This document shows positions 31,229-42,376 of a stretch of 64,000 nucleotides of DNA, one piece after another. The first letter of the stretch is position 1. The number at the start of each line of letters is the position of its first letter. Made by a program: the position numbers and the translations under genes. The DNA is taken from positions 1 through 64,000 of the forward strand of contig CAVWLW010000013.1 of NCBI GenBank assembly GCA_963755715.1, given 5' to 3'. The stretch is from an uncultured delta proteobacterium (lineage in GTDB: Bacteria; Desulfobacterota; Binatia; UBA9968). The notes under the pieces are model-generated. The model searched no databases. It worked only from the letters and a program-made list of their open reading frames with translations, and had not been told where the DNA came from.

Positions 31229-32512
31229 TTGACCGCCACCAACGACCCGACCCGAGCACCCGGTTTACTCGCTACGCCTCAGAAAGTCGCTTTCGCCGCG
31301 CTCAAGCATCGTCACTTTCGCGGTTTTTTCTTTACCACGATGCTGGCGATGATGGCCGACAATATCGAGCACGTGATCAGTTATTGGATGCTGTTCCAAA
31401 AATTCCAGTCGCCGGTGCTGGCCGGCTTCGCCGTGATCAGCCACTGGACGCCGTTTTTGTTTCTCTCAGTCTATTTCGGGGGTTTGGCCGATCGTCATGA
31501 TTGCCGCAGACTGATTCAAATCGCGCAGATCATGTATATGTTCGTGTCGGCGGCCTGGGCGTATTTCTTTTTCACCGGCACGATAGAGATCTGGCATGCG
31601 TGCGTCTTGTTAGTGATTCATGGCATCGCCGGCGTTTTCTGGACGCCGGCGGAGCAACTCATCATTCACGACATCGTCGGCCCGGACGATCTGCCAAGCG
31701 CGGTGCGCTTGAACGCCACCAGCCGTCAATTGGGAATTCTTTTTGGGCCTGCGGTCGGCGGTGGCTTGCTGTTGTGGCTCGGCGCGTCCGCCGGTTTGGT
31801 AGTGAATGCGTTGATCTACGTGCCGTTCACGATCTGGCTGGCGCTCGTTCCCTATACGGGCCATACGCGGGACGGAATGTCGGCGCGCCGGGCGTTGCGC
31901 TGGCGAGATGCTTTCGACGTCATCCGCGATATTGCCGATAACCGTCCGATCCTCACGATGATCGTGCTTGGCGGCGCAGCGTCGCTATTCGTCGGCAATG
32001 CGTTTCAAGCCAACATGCCAGAGTTCGCTCACGACCTTGGCACCGAGAAAGCTGACTTTGCTTACAGCGCGCTGCTGGCCGCCAATGCCGCGGGATCGGT
32101 CTTCGGCGGTTTTGTGCTCGACGGCAAGGCCTGGTTGGCGCCGACGGTGAAATCGGCGATCGCCTGCGCCATTCTCTGGTGTTTGACGATGACCGCTTTT
32201 GCTTTTTCGCAGAATTATCCACTGTCGCTCGGCCTTTTGTTTGTCGCCGGCGCGTTGAACCTGTCGTTCTATTCGATCGCGCAAACGATCGTGCAGCTAG
32301 AAGCGCCGCTGGCTTTGCGCGGCCGGCTGATCGGATTATTTTCGATGTCAGCCTATGGCTTACGTGCTTTCAGTGGATTAACCATCGGCGTGGTCGGCGG
32401 GCTGATCGGCATTCATTGGTCACTGGCGCTGAGCTCCATGATTCTATTGGCCGTGACGGTCGCGCTGTTCGCTTTCACCGCGCAAGGACAAAGCAGCGAA
32501 GAGCTGGGCTAA
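31229..32512 (+). CDS. MFS transporter (MFS_3-like), paralog 1
   Basis: 12-TM pattern; FAALKHRHFR; GGLADRHDCRRL; LRGRLIGLF. Start uncertain (ORF opens at 31133). Confidence 0.9.
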   Translation: MTATNDPTRAPGLLATPQKVAFAALKHRHFRGFFFTTMLAMMADNIEHVISYWMLFQKFQSPVLAGFAVISHWTPFLFLSVYFGGLADRHDCRRLIQIAQIMYMFVSAAWAYFFFTGTIEIWHACVLLVIHGIAGVFWTPAEQLIIHDIVGPDDLPSAVRLNATSRQLGILFGPAVGGGLLLWLGASAGLVVNALIYVPFTIWLALVPYTGHTRDGMSARRALRWRDAFDVIRDIADNRPILTMIVLGGAASLFVGNAFQANMPEFAHDLGTEKADFAYSALLAANAAGSVFGGFVLDGKAWLAPTVKSAIACAILWCLTMTAFAFSQNYPLSLGLLFVAGALNLSFYSIAQTIVQLEAPLALRGRLIGLFSMSAYGLRAFSGLTIGVVGGLIGIHWSLALSSMILLAVTVALFAFTAQGQSSEELG

Positions 32513-32637
32513 AGCTGCCAGCCATGGTCGCGCCATAAAATTTTCACTGTAGAGATTCCTGATAAATTTTCACGCGCTCAAGATGACGAGCCCCTTCGCT
32601 GTTTGCGTGGCTCTCCAAGATTCGTTACTGTCGCCGA

Positions 32638-33945
32638 TTGATCCTACGAATTCTGGAGAACGCATTGGCAACCCGGAACATCCATTCAAGCGCCGTGGCT
32701 CAATCGAGCGAGAAAGTCGCTTTCGCCGCGCTGCATCACAAAGATTTTCGCGCCTACTTTGTCGCGACCATGCTGGCGATGATGGCGGACAGCATCGAGC
32801 ACGTCATCAGCTACTGGCTGCTTTACCAAAAATTCCATTCGCCGGTGCTCGCCGGCTTCGCGGTGCTGAGCCACTGGACGCCTTTTTTGCTGTTTGCCGT
32901 TTATTTCGGCGCGCTCGCGGATCGATTCGACTGCCGCAAGGTTATCCAAGTAGCGCAGATCATGTACATGGGCGTCTCCGCGGCATGGGCGTTTTTGTTT
33001 TTTACCGACACGATCCAACTCTGGCACGCCTGCGTTCTGCTGGTGATTCACGGCATGGCGGGCGTGCTCTGGGGCCCAGGGAGCCAATTGCTGATTCATG
33101 ACATCGTCGGCACCGAACAACTGCAAAGCGCGGTGCGTCTCAATTCAACGAGCCGGCAATTGGGCGTTCTTCTCGGACCCGCGGTGGGTGGCGGTCTTAT
33201 GTTGTTATTAAGTCCGTCGATGGGCTTGGTGGTGAACACGCTTATTTACCTACCGTTGACCCTCTGGTTATTGACCGTGCCCTACACCGGCCACAGCCGC
33301 TAGGGCGTCGTGCCGGCGCGTCGTGCGCTCGGCTGGCGCGATGCTTTCCAAGTCGTGCGCGAAGTCTCGGGCAACCGGCCGATCATCACCATGGTCGTGC
33401 TCGCCGGCTGCGTGTCGTTTTTTGTCGGCACGGCGTTTCAAGCAACCATGCCGGAATTCGCCCACGATCTCGGCACGGGGAAAGCCGACTTCGCCTACAG
33501 CGCGCTGCTTAGCGCCAATGCCGCTGGCGCGGTAATCGGCGGTTTTTTGCTCGAAGGACGAGGCTGGCTGCCGCCGCGCGTGCAGACTGCGATGATCAGT
33601 GCGATTCTCTGGTGCGTGGTCATCACCTGCTTTGCGCTCTCGACGAATTATTATCTTTCGTTGGCGCTACTGTTCACGGCCGGTATTTTGAATTTAGCCT
33701 TTTCTTCCATGGGTCAAACTATCGTGCAGTTGCTATCGCCGCCGCAGCTCCGCGGCCGGCTGATCGGCCTGTTTGCCATGGCGAGCATGGGGCTCAAAGC
33801 TTTCAGCGGCTTGACCGTCGGTGTGTTGGGCGGGCTGATCGGCGTACATTGGTCGCTGGCAGCGAGCGCCATGGTTTTGTTGACCGTTACTGTCGCGCTG
33901 TTTGCTTTTGCTCTCCCAGGGCAGCGCCACGAAGAGCTCAACTAA
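32638..33945 (+). CDS. MFS transporter paralog 2, interrupted by an in-frame TAG at 33301-33303
   Basis: ORFs 32638..33303 and 33310..33945 are in the same frame and together align end-to-end with both neighbours. Confidence 0.85.
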
Positions 33946-33954
33946 CGCCGAACC

Positions 33955-35235
33955 ATGGCTGTGAATTCAACTTCTGCGAGCGACGTTTCATCAACGATCC
34001 CAGAGCGGACAGTCGCTTTTGCGGCGCTACACCATCGCGACTATCGGCGATATTTCTTCGTGATCATGATGTCGCAGATGGGCGACAACATCGAGCACGT
34101 CATCAGTTACTGGCTGCTCTACCAAAAATTTCACTCTCCGGTGCTCGCCGGTTTTGCGGTCATCAGTCACTGGACGCCGTTTCTGTTTTTCGCGGTCTAT
34201 TTCGGCGCCCTTGCCGACCGGCACGATTGCCGCCGCGTGATTCAAGCGGCCCAGGTGATGTACGCCAGCGTGTCGCTCATCTGGGGTATTTTATTTCTCA
34301 CCGACACAATTCAAGTGTGGCACGCCTGTGTTCTCCTGGTGGTCCATGGAATGGCCGGCGTTTTGGGCAATCCCGGCAGCCAGCTGATCATCCATGACAT
34401 CGTGGGGCGCGAGTACTTGCAGAGCGCAGTCAGGCTCAATTCCACGGGACGAAATATCGCCGTGCTCTTCGGACCGGCGGTTGGCGGCGCGACGATGTTG
34501 ATTTTTGGGGCGCCCGCGGGACTTTTTATCAACGTGTTTATGTATCTGCCGATGATCGTCTTCATGTTCATCCTGCCTTACACCGGTCACGGTCGCGACG
34601 ACGCGGGTAGCGGCCGGGCGCCGCGCTTTAGCCTGAGCGGCGCGTTGCAATTGATGCGCGAGACGGCCGCGAATCCGACGATACTTTCCATGATCCTCCT
34701 CGGCGGCGCGACATCGTTGCTCGTCGGCAACGCGTTTCAAGCTCAAATGCCGGGATTTGCCCATGACTTCGGGCATGAGAAACAGGATTGGGCTTATAGT
34801 ATTTTGCTCGGTGCCAACGCCGGCGGAGCCGCGATCGGCGGTCTGTTACTGGAAGGCACCGGCATGCTGCGGCCGAACGCGCGTAACGCGGCGATTAGCT
34901 CGATCCTCTGGTGCGTGGCGATCGTGGGTTTCGCGATGTCGACGAATTACCTTCTGGCAATTGCGTTGCTGTTCTGTGCGGGATTCCTCAATTTGACTTT
35001 TCTCTCGATGGCGCAAACCCTGGTGCAACTGCAGGCGCCGGCTCAACTGCGCGGGCGCTTGATCGGTTTGTTCAACATGTCCAACAATGGCCTGCGCGCT
35101 TTCAGCGGCGTGACCGTCGGCGTGATCGGCGGCTTGATCGGCATCCATTGGTCGCTGGCGATCAGCGCGATGATCTTGCTGGCCGTGACGATCGCGCTGT
35201 TTGCGTTGGTGATTCCGGGGCGGGGTAGGCAGTGA
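33955..35235 (+). CDS. MFS transporter paralog 3
   Basis: Same motifs: NIEHVISYWLLYQKFHSPVLAGFAVISHWTPFL. Confidence 0.92.
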   Translation: MAVNSTSASDVSSTIPERTVAFAALHHRDYRRYFFVIMMSQMGDNIEHVISYWLLYQKFHSPVLAGFAVISHWTPFLFFAVYFGALADRHDCRRVIQAAQVMYASVSLIWGILFLTDTIQVWHACVLLVVHGMAGVLGNPGSQLIIHDIVGREYLQSAVRLNSTGRNIAVLFGPAVGGATMLIFGAPAGLFINVFMYLPMIVFMFILPYTGHGRDDAGSGRAPRFSLSGALQLMRETAANPTILSMILLGGATSLLVGNAFQAQMPGFAHDFGHEKQDWAYSILLGANAGGAAIGGLLLEGTGMLRPNARNAAISSILWCVAIVGFAMSTNYLLAIALLFCAGFLNLTFLSMAQTLVQLQAPAQLRGRLIGLFNMSNNGLRAFSGVTVGVIGGLIGIHWSLAISAMILLAVTIALFALVIPGRGRQ

Positions 35236-35258
35236 GTTGAGTTGAACGGAAGGAGTTC

Positions 35259-35323
35259 TTACCACGAAGGACACGAAGATCGGAGTAATTTCTTCCTTCG
35301 TGAACTTCGTGCCTTCGTGGTGA
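35259..35323. repeat. Palindromic (CACGAAG)n...(CTTCGTG)n intergenic repeat between convergent genes
   Basis: ttaccacgaaggacacgaag ... cttcgtgaacttcgtgccttcgtggtga. Relatives at 38599-38676 and a partial copy near 62964. Confidence 0.7.
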
Positions 35324-35331
35324 TTGTGTAA

Positions 35332-36316
35332 TTATTGCCCTACCGCTTGACGGCGCTTGTCTTGCGAAGTGGTCGCTCCGTTGCGAAATTCATTTCTCTT
35401 CAAAACGGCGTAGCTGTCGAGGAGCTGTTTTTGTTCCGCTTCGGAAATTCCCAGTTGTGGACGGCGCACTTTGGCGGTTTTGATCAGTCCCTCGTGTTGG
35501 AGAACGACTTTGATGCGTGCGACGGCTTCGACGATCGGCTCGCTGAAGACCAACTCTTTTAGAGATTCGAGCTCGCTCTGGATCGCGGCGGCTTCGTCGA
35601 ATTTGCCCGCGCGACCGGCGTTATCCAGGGCGGCCCATTTTTCGGTCGCGACGTTGGCGACGCCGATGAGCGCGCCATTGGCGCCGAGCTTGTAACTTTC
35701 GGCGACAAAGCGGTCGTTGCCGGTGAGCACCCGCATGGCGGCTTTGTCGCGCTTGAGTGCTTGAACGGTTTCCGTAAATAGATTGATGTCGAACGATGCT
35801 TCTTTGAATGCGACGACGTTTTCAAGACGGGCGATGCGGCAAACTGTTTCCGGGTCGTAGTAATAGCTTTTCACCGGCACTTGGAAGAGCACCATGGGTA
35901 ATTTGGTTTCACGCGCCAGATCTTCGAAGAAACGGACTTTCAAGATTCGGATCGACTTTTCCCCAGGCGAAAAGTAGCGGCGGAAAAATCATTACGCCAT
36001 CGACCGGCAAGTTTTCCAGATCGCGCATCAGGCTGACCGCTTCGTCGGTGGACTGCGGCGCGATGGTGGCGATATGCACTTTGCCGGCGTCGTGCACGGC
36101 TTTGCCGGAGATTTCATAGACACGGCGTTTCTCTTCTAGGCTCAAGACTGGGCTTTCACCGATGCGGGCGCAAGAAACCAGGCCGGCCACTCCGGGGAGA
36201 GACGAAAAGTATTTCGTTAGTCGCGCGAGGCTCTCTAGATCGAGAGCGCCCGAGCTTTCGAAGGGGGAGACGTGAGGAATGAAAAGACCGCTGAAACGCT
36301 CATGAAGGCTTGTCAT
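35332..36316 (-). CDS. Dihydrodipicolinate synthase / N-acetylneuraminate lyase family aldolase, frameshift near 35940
   Basis: GLFIPHVSPF, ARIGESPVLSLEEKRRV, DGVMIFPP, Schiff-base VVAFKEAS, LTGND, GANGALIGVAN. Confidence 0.85.
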
Positions 36317-36435
36317 AAAATCCTCCGCGCGTGATCGACATCGCGCTTGAATTTGCTGCTGGCATAAGTAGAACAGATTGCGAGGGTAGGTCAAGCCGGC
36401 AGCAGTCAACAGGTTCATCTGCTGTAGAAGACATT

Positions 36436-38009
36436 ATGGGTGCATTTGATTTCGTGCCGGGAGCGTCGCAGAATTGATGGCATCGGATCGGCTTGTTCGC
36501 CGTGTTCGACGTGCGCGAGCGCGGCGAATACAACGAATGCCAGATTCCCGGCACGACTTCGTTGCCGCGCAGCCAGATTGAATTTCGCATCCAGTCGCTG
36601 GTTCCGGATCGCAAAATTCCCCTCATCGTCTATGACGCCGAGGACGGCAGGGCGCCGCTCGCGCTGAAGACGCTGAATGCAGCTTGGTTATTCAGAAGTA
36701 TCGATTCTCGACGGCGGACTGACCGCGTGGCGCAACGAGCGGACGGCCGACCGTCGGCGGCGTCAATGTGCCGAGCAAGGCGTTCGGCGAAAAAGTGCAT
36801 CACGAGCGAAATATTCCGGACGTGACGCCGGAGGAGCTGAAAGCGCTACGCGAGAGCGGCGCCGATCTGCTTATTTTGGACGTGCGCACTCCGGAAGAGT
36901 ACGGCAGGTTTTGCATCCCCGGCGGAGTGAGCGTGCCCGGCGGCGATCTCATTTTGTGGGCGGACGAGTTGAAGCAAAAGCGCGATGCGACGGTGGTGAT
37001 CAACTGCGCCGGGCGGACGCGCAGCATCGTCGGCACGGCGGCCTTGCGCCGCTTGGGGCTGACGAACGTGCGGGCGCTCAAGAACGGCACCATGGGTTGG
37101 GTGCTGGCGGGCTTGGAGTTGGAAACCAAGCCGGCGCGCAGCGCGCCGGCTGCGCCGTCAGGAAGCCGTCAACGAGCGACGGCGCTGGCGGCACAAATCG
37201 CCGCGGAAGAAAAAATTGCGACGATCTCCGCGCCACAGCTCGCGGACGCGCTGGCGAGCATGAATAAGGGTGTCACGTATCTAATCGATGCGCGCTCGGA
37301 ACCCGAGTTCGAAGCGGGGCATATTTCAGGATCGATCAACGTTCCGGGCGGGCAGGCGGTGCAGCGCGCCGACGATTTCGTGGCGGTGCGGAACGCGCAA
37401 ATCATTTTCATCAGCAGCGAATCTGCACGCGCCGTTATGGCCGCTTATTGGTATCGGCAAATGGGATTTCCGCATGTTTCGGTGTTGCAAGGCGGACTTC
37501 GCGCATGGTCGGAAAACGGTCATCTATTGGCGCGCGGGGTGTTGTCCGACGAGCCATTGGGGTTCGCAGCCGCGCAACAGTCGGCAATTTTTGTCGATGC
37601 GCAAACTCTCGCCGAGCAAATCAAGAGTTCTTCGGCTTTGATCCTCGACGTCGGTACGAGTCTCGAATTCGAATCGGCGCACGTGCTCGGTGCCAAATGG
37701 ATTTCCCGCGGTTGGATCGAGCTCAAATTACCGGAACAATACTCTGACCGTGGACAAGCGATCGTCGTGAGCTGCGCGGATGGCCGGCAGTCCGTCTTCG
37801 CCGCGCGCGCGTTGGGCGGCTTGGGTTACAAGGATGTCCGAGTTCTTGCCGGCGGCGTGCAGGCGTGGCGCGCCGCTGGCCTGAAAACCGAAACAGGACG
37901 CGATCGCTGCTTGGTTCAGCCCAATGATGTCGTCTTATCGCCGTCGATTCGCGGCAGCAAGGAAGATATGCAGCGCTATCTGGATTGGGAATTGAAACTG
38001 GAACGTTAG
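36436..38009 (+). CDS. Four-domain rhodanese-related sulfurtransferase, several N-terminal frameshifts
   Basis: Repeated DVRERGEY / DVRTPEEY / DARSEPEF / DVGTSLEF units, each with LxGGxxxW. GVNVPSKAFGE, VINCAGRTRSI, MQRYLDWE. Confidence 0.88.
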
Positions 38010-38019
38010 CCGCGCTTGC

Positions 38020-38587
38020 TTAACAGTTGTCGTATTTTGGGCTGGCGAAAGTTTTTGCGGTCTTGCTGGCGATATCGAAGCGCAGCCGCGGCATATCGGT
38101 CAAGTCTTTGCCGTAGACGTGAATTTCCACTGTGTCGCGATCGCTGACATTGTTCATCTCATGGATATCGTCGTTGGGCGATACCAGGCATGAAACCATT
38201 CCAGCCTTGTTCTTGAGTACCGCCGTGACCTCGAGGTCAGCGCGGTCGGCACTTTCGCCGTCGTCTTTCCTGCGAAAACGCGTTTCCTGAATCTCATTTT
38301 CAACCACGCCGACCATGCCCCAGGTGTCATGATTGTGCGCCTTGGCGTTGTCGCCCGGTCCCCAGACCACCGATGAGACATTAAACAGCGGCGCGCGATG
38401 CAGCATGTAGCGGCCGTAGGCCGTGACGCCGCGTTTTCTGTATTGTTGCCTCGATGCAGTTCGGTTGTTGCACCAGCCTGGCGAGCAGCGGCTTGGCCGC
38501 GTTGACAATCTTTTCCTGAGAGCTTTCCGTTCTCGTAATGCGATCCAGGTCGTCGATGAAATTTTTCAGCGAATAGGTCGTTGTCAT
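38020..38587 (-). CDS. Cysteine dioxygenase-family thiol dioxygenase (cupin), frameshift near 38448
   Basis: YGRYMLH, VVWGPGD..AHNHDTWG, DIHEMNN, EIHVYG (3-His triad). Confidence 0.88.
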
Positions 38588-38598
38588 TTTCGATTTCA

Positions 38599-38676
38599 CC
38601 ACCAAGAACGCGAAGGGCACGAAGCGCGGAAGGATTTCTCACCTTCGGGATCTTCGTGCCCTGCGCGGCTTATGGT
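38599..38676. repeat. CACGAAG-family palindromic repeat
   Basis: ccaccaagaacgcgaagggcacgaag ... cttcgtgccctgcgcggcttatggt. Confidence 0.6.
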
Positions 38677-38689
38677 CTATTACGTGTAT

Positions 38690-39742
38690 TTACGCCGCTT
38701 GTTTTTGCACCCGCGGCAATTTCGACGCATCGATATTGTAGAGCCGCGAAACATTGTCGCAGACCACTTTGCGCTGGGTTTCCGCCGACAGATGGCCGAG
38801 GTCCCGTTCGATGATTTTTCGCGAGTTGGGCCAGGTCGAGTTTGGATGCGGAAAGTCATTCGACCACATGATGTTGTCTTCGCCCCAATACTTTAGATTT
38901 TCGCCGCAGACGTGATCGTTGAAGAAGCAGGCATAGATCTGCTCTTTGACGAAGCTGCTCGGATTGCGGGTGAACGGCGGCGGGTTTTGTTTCTTGAAAC
39001 GATTGTAATAATAGTCCCATTGCTGAAACATCCACGGCATCCAGCCGCTTTCGTTTTCCACCGAGACGATCTTGAGCTTGGGATTTCTTTCGAGGACGCC
39101 ATAAAAAACGAACTCGAAGAGCGCGTTGGCGATATCCATGAGTTTGAGGTTCACGCTGCCGCGGTAACGCTCGACGCCTTTTCTGTTTTTGTCTTTGTTG
39201 TAGCTGTGGCCGGTCAGAATATGCAGGCTGACCGGAGTATCGAAATCCTGGCACGCCGCCCAAAACTTATCGTAGTGGCTGGAATGAAAGGGCAGATCCG
39301 GATGGGGCGCTTGCCAAATGATCGCGCCTTTCAGCCCGGCTTTGTGGCAGCGCTCTAGTTCTTTGATGCCATTATCGATGTTGTACACCGGAATCGCCGG
39401 AATACCGATGAGCCGGTTGGTGTCGGCATTGCAATAATCAATTAGCCAGTCGTTGTAAACGCGGAAGCAGGCTTCTTGCAAGCCGGGATCATCGAGAGCG
39501 AAGAGATCGAGCATCAACGTCGGATAGAGCACTTCGGCGCTCAGGCCGTCGGCTTCCATTTCCTTCATCCTGGCGTTCGGATCCCAGCCGCCGGCGTGCT
39601 GCTGGAAGCCTTCGCCGACCTGGTGTGGCGGAAACAGCGGCGCCACCTCCCGATATTTTTCCGGCACGCCTTTTTTCCAAAGATCCACAGGTTCCATGAC
39701 GTGGGAATCTGATGAAATGATAAGGTCGCTTGCTATCGCCAT
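38690..39742 (-). CDS. Amidohydrolase family 2 protein
   Basis: ISSDSHVMEP; AEVLYPT; RVYNDW; PVSLHI; WSNDFPHPNSTWP. Confidence 0.92.
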   Translation of the reverse strand: MAIASDLIISSDSHVMEPVDLWKKGVPEKYREVAPLFPPHQVGEGFQQHAGGWDPNARMKEMEADGLSAEVLYPTLMLDLFALDDPGLQEACFRVYNDWLIDYCNADTNRLIGIPAIPVYNIDNGIKELERCHKAGLKGAIIWQAPHPDLPFHSSHYDKFWAACQDFDTPVSLHILTGHSYNKDKNRKGVERYRGSVNLKLMDIANALFEFVFYGVLERNPKLKIVSVENESGWMPWMFQQWDYYYNRFKKQNPPPFTRNPSSFVKEQIYACFFNDHVCGENLKYWGEDNIMWSNDFPHPNSTWPNSRKIIERDLGHLSAETQRKVVCDNVSRLYNIDASKLPRVQKQAA

Positions 39743-39908
39743 ATATCGATCCTCCTTGAACAAGTCTAGAAAATGTTGCGCGATAATTTAACCGCACCTT
39801 AGACGATTCGCCGCGCGCGTGTCAATTGCCTGACGAGGCGCAAGGCGGAAGGGGTGAGTCAGAAAAAATTAAGATTTCTCGCTTTGCTTGGAATCACAAA
39901 TCCTCACG

Positions 39909-40547
39909 TCACTTTCTCCAGACCGATGCGAGCCAGGGTTGCTGCTCGCGCGGCAATCCGGGTGGGCGGAAGTAATGATCTATTTCAGTGAAGCCGGCAG
40001 CGGTCACGAGCTCGCGCCAGCGTTGCCAATCGTAGTAGCAACCGTAGCGCTCGCCGCTCCAGCCTTCGTCGTTTTCGCCGCGCGGATTGGAGCTAAAGAG
40101 CACGCCGTCAGGCTTCAACGTCGCCCAAAGTTCTTTTAAGACTCGCGGCAATTCTTGGCTCGGCACATGGAAGAGCGCGGCGTTGGCAAAAATTCCGTCG
40201 AAATATTGCGCCGGCAAATTCATCTTCAAAAAATCTTGGTGCCATACTTCGCAGCCGCTGTACTTTTGCGCCAGCTCGACGAAGCGCTCCGCTCCGTCGA
40301 GTCCGATCGCTTCGTGTCCGAGATCGCGAAAGATCTTCAAATCTCGGCCGGGACCGCAGCCGAAGTCGAGAATGCGAAACGGTCCGGTGCCGTGCAGAGC
40401 TTGCAAGAGCGCGTCGCGGTTCTGGCTGACATCGTGATCGCGCGTGCCTTCCCAGAAACTGTTGGCGTGCTGATCATAATGCCAAAGAGTGGTTGTTGAT
40501 GTTTGCGCGAGTTCTTCGTCGCTGAGCTTGTGTTGCCGATTAGTCAC
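39909..40547 (-). CDS. Class I SAM-dependent methyltransferase
   Basis: ILDFGCGPGRD; FDGIFANAALFHVP; LKPDGVLF. Confidence 0.9.
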   Translation of the reverse strand: MTNRQHKLSDEELAQTSTTTLWHYDQHANSFWEGTRDHDVSQNRDALLQALHGTGPFRILDFGCGPGRDLKIFRDLGHEAIGLDGAERFVELAQKYSGCEVWHQDFLKMNLPAQYFDGIFANAALFHVPSQELPRVLKELWATLKPDGVLFSSNPRGENDEGWSGERYGCYYDWQRWRELVTAAGFTEIDHYFRPPGLPREQQPWLASVWRK

Positions 40548-40573
40548 TGTAACAGGCTGGTAAGGAAAAACGA

Positions 40574-41570
40574 TTAGGTGGCGTGCCGAACTTGAACGTC
40601 GGGATTGATCAGGTTTAAAGGTTTGCCGTCGAGATAATTGAGAATGTTGTGCAGCGCCTGCTCATAGCGCTCGCTCATGACTTCCACGGTCGCGTAGCCG
40701 CGGTGCGACATGAGGATCGCGTTGTCGAAGCGGCGCAGCGGATGATCCATCGGCAGCGGCTCGATGTCGTAAACGTCGAGTCCCACGCCGCCCAATTTTC
40801 CGCTCGCCAATGCTTCGATCATCGCCGGTTCGGAGACGATCGGGCCGCGCGCGGTATTCACCAGCAGCACGCCGCGCTTCATCATGGCGAATTCTTTTGC
40901 GCCGATGCTGCCGCGGGTCTCCGCGGTTGAATTAATGTGCACCGTGAGGATGTCCGATTCCCGCCATAAGGTTTCCAGCGCCACGCACTCGGCACCGGCT
41001 TCCGCCGCGCGCGCCTGCCGTGAGCGTGCGTGAATAAGCGAGCACGCGCGTATTGGCGAACGCCTTCATGACGCGGGCGACTTCACTGCCGATCCGGCCG
41101 AAGCCGAAAACCCCGATGGTTTTGCCTTCAAGCGTGTTGCCGGCGATGGCAGGCCAAGCTTCCTCGCGCATGCGCGCATTCACCTGGGGAATCTTACGCA
41201 ACAGGGCGAGAATCAGCGCGACCGTTAATTCGGTTGTCGACACGCCGTTATCAGCTGCGGTGCCGGTGACCGCGATGCCGCGGCGGGTGGCATTTGCTAG
41301 ATCCAAGTGCTTACTGGTTCGGCCGGTTTGCGAGATGAGTTTCAGATTGGGGAGCTGGGAATATTCTTTGTCGCTAAAAAAAGTTCGCTCGCGCATCAGG
41401 AGCACGGCGTCGAATTCGCGCAGCGCGGCGACGATATTCTCCGAGCCGTCCAGCCTTTTTCTCAGAAGTGTCACGTCGGCTCGTGCCTGGAGCTCTTTGT
41501 ATGCCGGCACCGTATCGGCGAGCTTTTCGAAATCGTCTAAGATTGCGACTTTGAATTTTTCGGTTGCCAT
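40574..41570 (-). CDS. D-2-hydroxyacid dehydrogenase family (SerA-like), frameshift near 41000
   Basis: VAILDD, MRERT, LEGKTIGVFGFGRIG, LVNTARGPIV, LDVYDIEPLP, MSHRGY. Confidence 0.9.
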
Positions 41571-41575
41571 GATTC

Positions 41576-42253
41576 TTACGCCGTGGCCGTGACTTCGACC
41601 TCGCAGAACTTGCCCTCGGAGGAATAGCCGTCGACGAAACAGTATTCCATTTGAGGAATTTTTGCCGTTACGTGGCGCGCAAAAAGCGTTTTCAAGTTTT
41701 CCAAAGTCTGGCTGCGATGCAGGTAAAACGAGATGCGCGCGACTTTTTCCCAGGAGCTTCCCGCGTCTTTCAGCGACCCTGAAATGCGCGGAAAGATGTT
41801 GTCGAATTGTTCGGCGAGCGTCGGCAGGACGGTCGTCACGCCCGATAGGACGACCACGGAATCCTGTACCAGAAAGCGAATGGGCGCGATCGGCGGATCG
41901 TATTCGACGATGCGCTTTTCCGCGGGTTGAGAGGGACGCATGGCAATGAGATCGAGCGCAACTTTGGCGCCCGAATCGAAATGGCCCGGCGCGATATAAC
42001 TCGAGCTTGCCGAGCGCGCTTTGCCGGACAATATTTTGACGCGCTCGGTGCTGCCGAGATCACGGCTTTGCCGATCGCGTCCCCAGAGCCGGCTACGCAC
42101 GGTGTTGTCGAGGGACAATCCGTGCGCCTTGAGCTCCTGATCGATGCGCTGGAACAATTCCTGCGCTTCGATGGTCGCATTCGCCGCCGCTTTGGCTTCG
42201 CCGGACAACTCGATAAATTCTTTTCCCAACCACGTGAAGATTCGCTTGCGCAT
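41576..42253 (-). CDS. Tandem-domain RidA/YjgF-like protein
   Basis: Two repeats: LSGE...ELKAHGLSLDNTVRSR...VALDLIA and LSGV...SLKDAGSSWEKVARIS...CEVEVTA. Confidence 0.7.
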   Translation of the reverse strand: MRKRIFTWLGKEFIELSGEAKAAANATIEAQELFQRIDQELKAHGLSLDNTVRSRLWGRDRQSRDLGSTERVKILSGKARSASSSYIAPGHFDSGAKVALDLIAMRPSQPAEKRIVEYDPPIAPIRFLVQDSVVVLSGVTTVLPTLAEQFDNIFPRISGSLKDAGSSWEKVARISFYLHRSQTLENLKTLFARHVTAKIPQMEYCFVDGYSSEGKFCEVEVTATA

Positions 42254-42376
42254 GATCCGTGCCTCCGATGACGGAGCGATCCTATATCAGCGACGATTGC
42301 GGATCAACGTGCGTCAAAGGAAGAGCCCTCAAAACTTGGAAGTGACGTGCAAGGATTGGCCCGAATCCGAGGTTGG

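Noticed and set aside
33301-33303. Pyrrolysine or amber recoding in the MFS gene
   Set aside because: Many genes in the window end normally at TAG, no pyl genes are seen, and the position is a variable loop.
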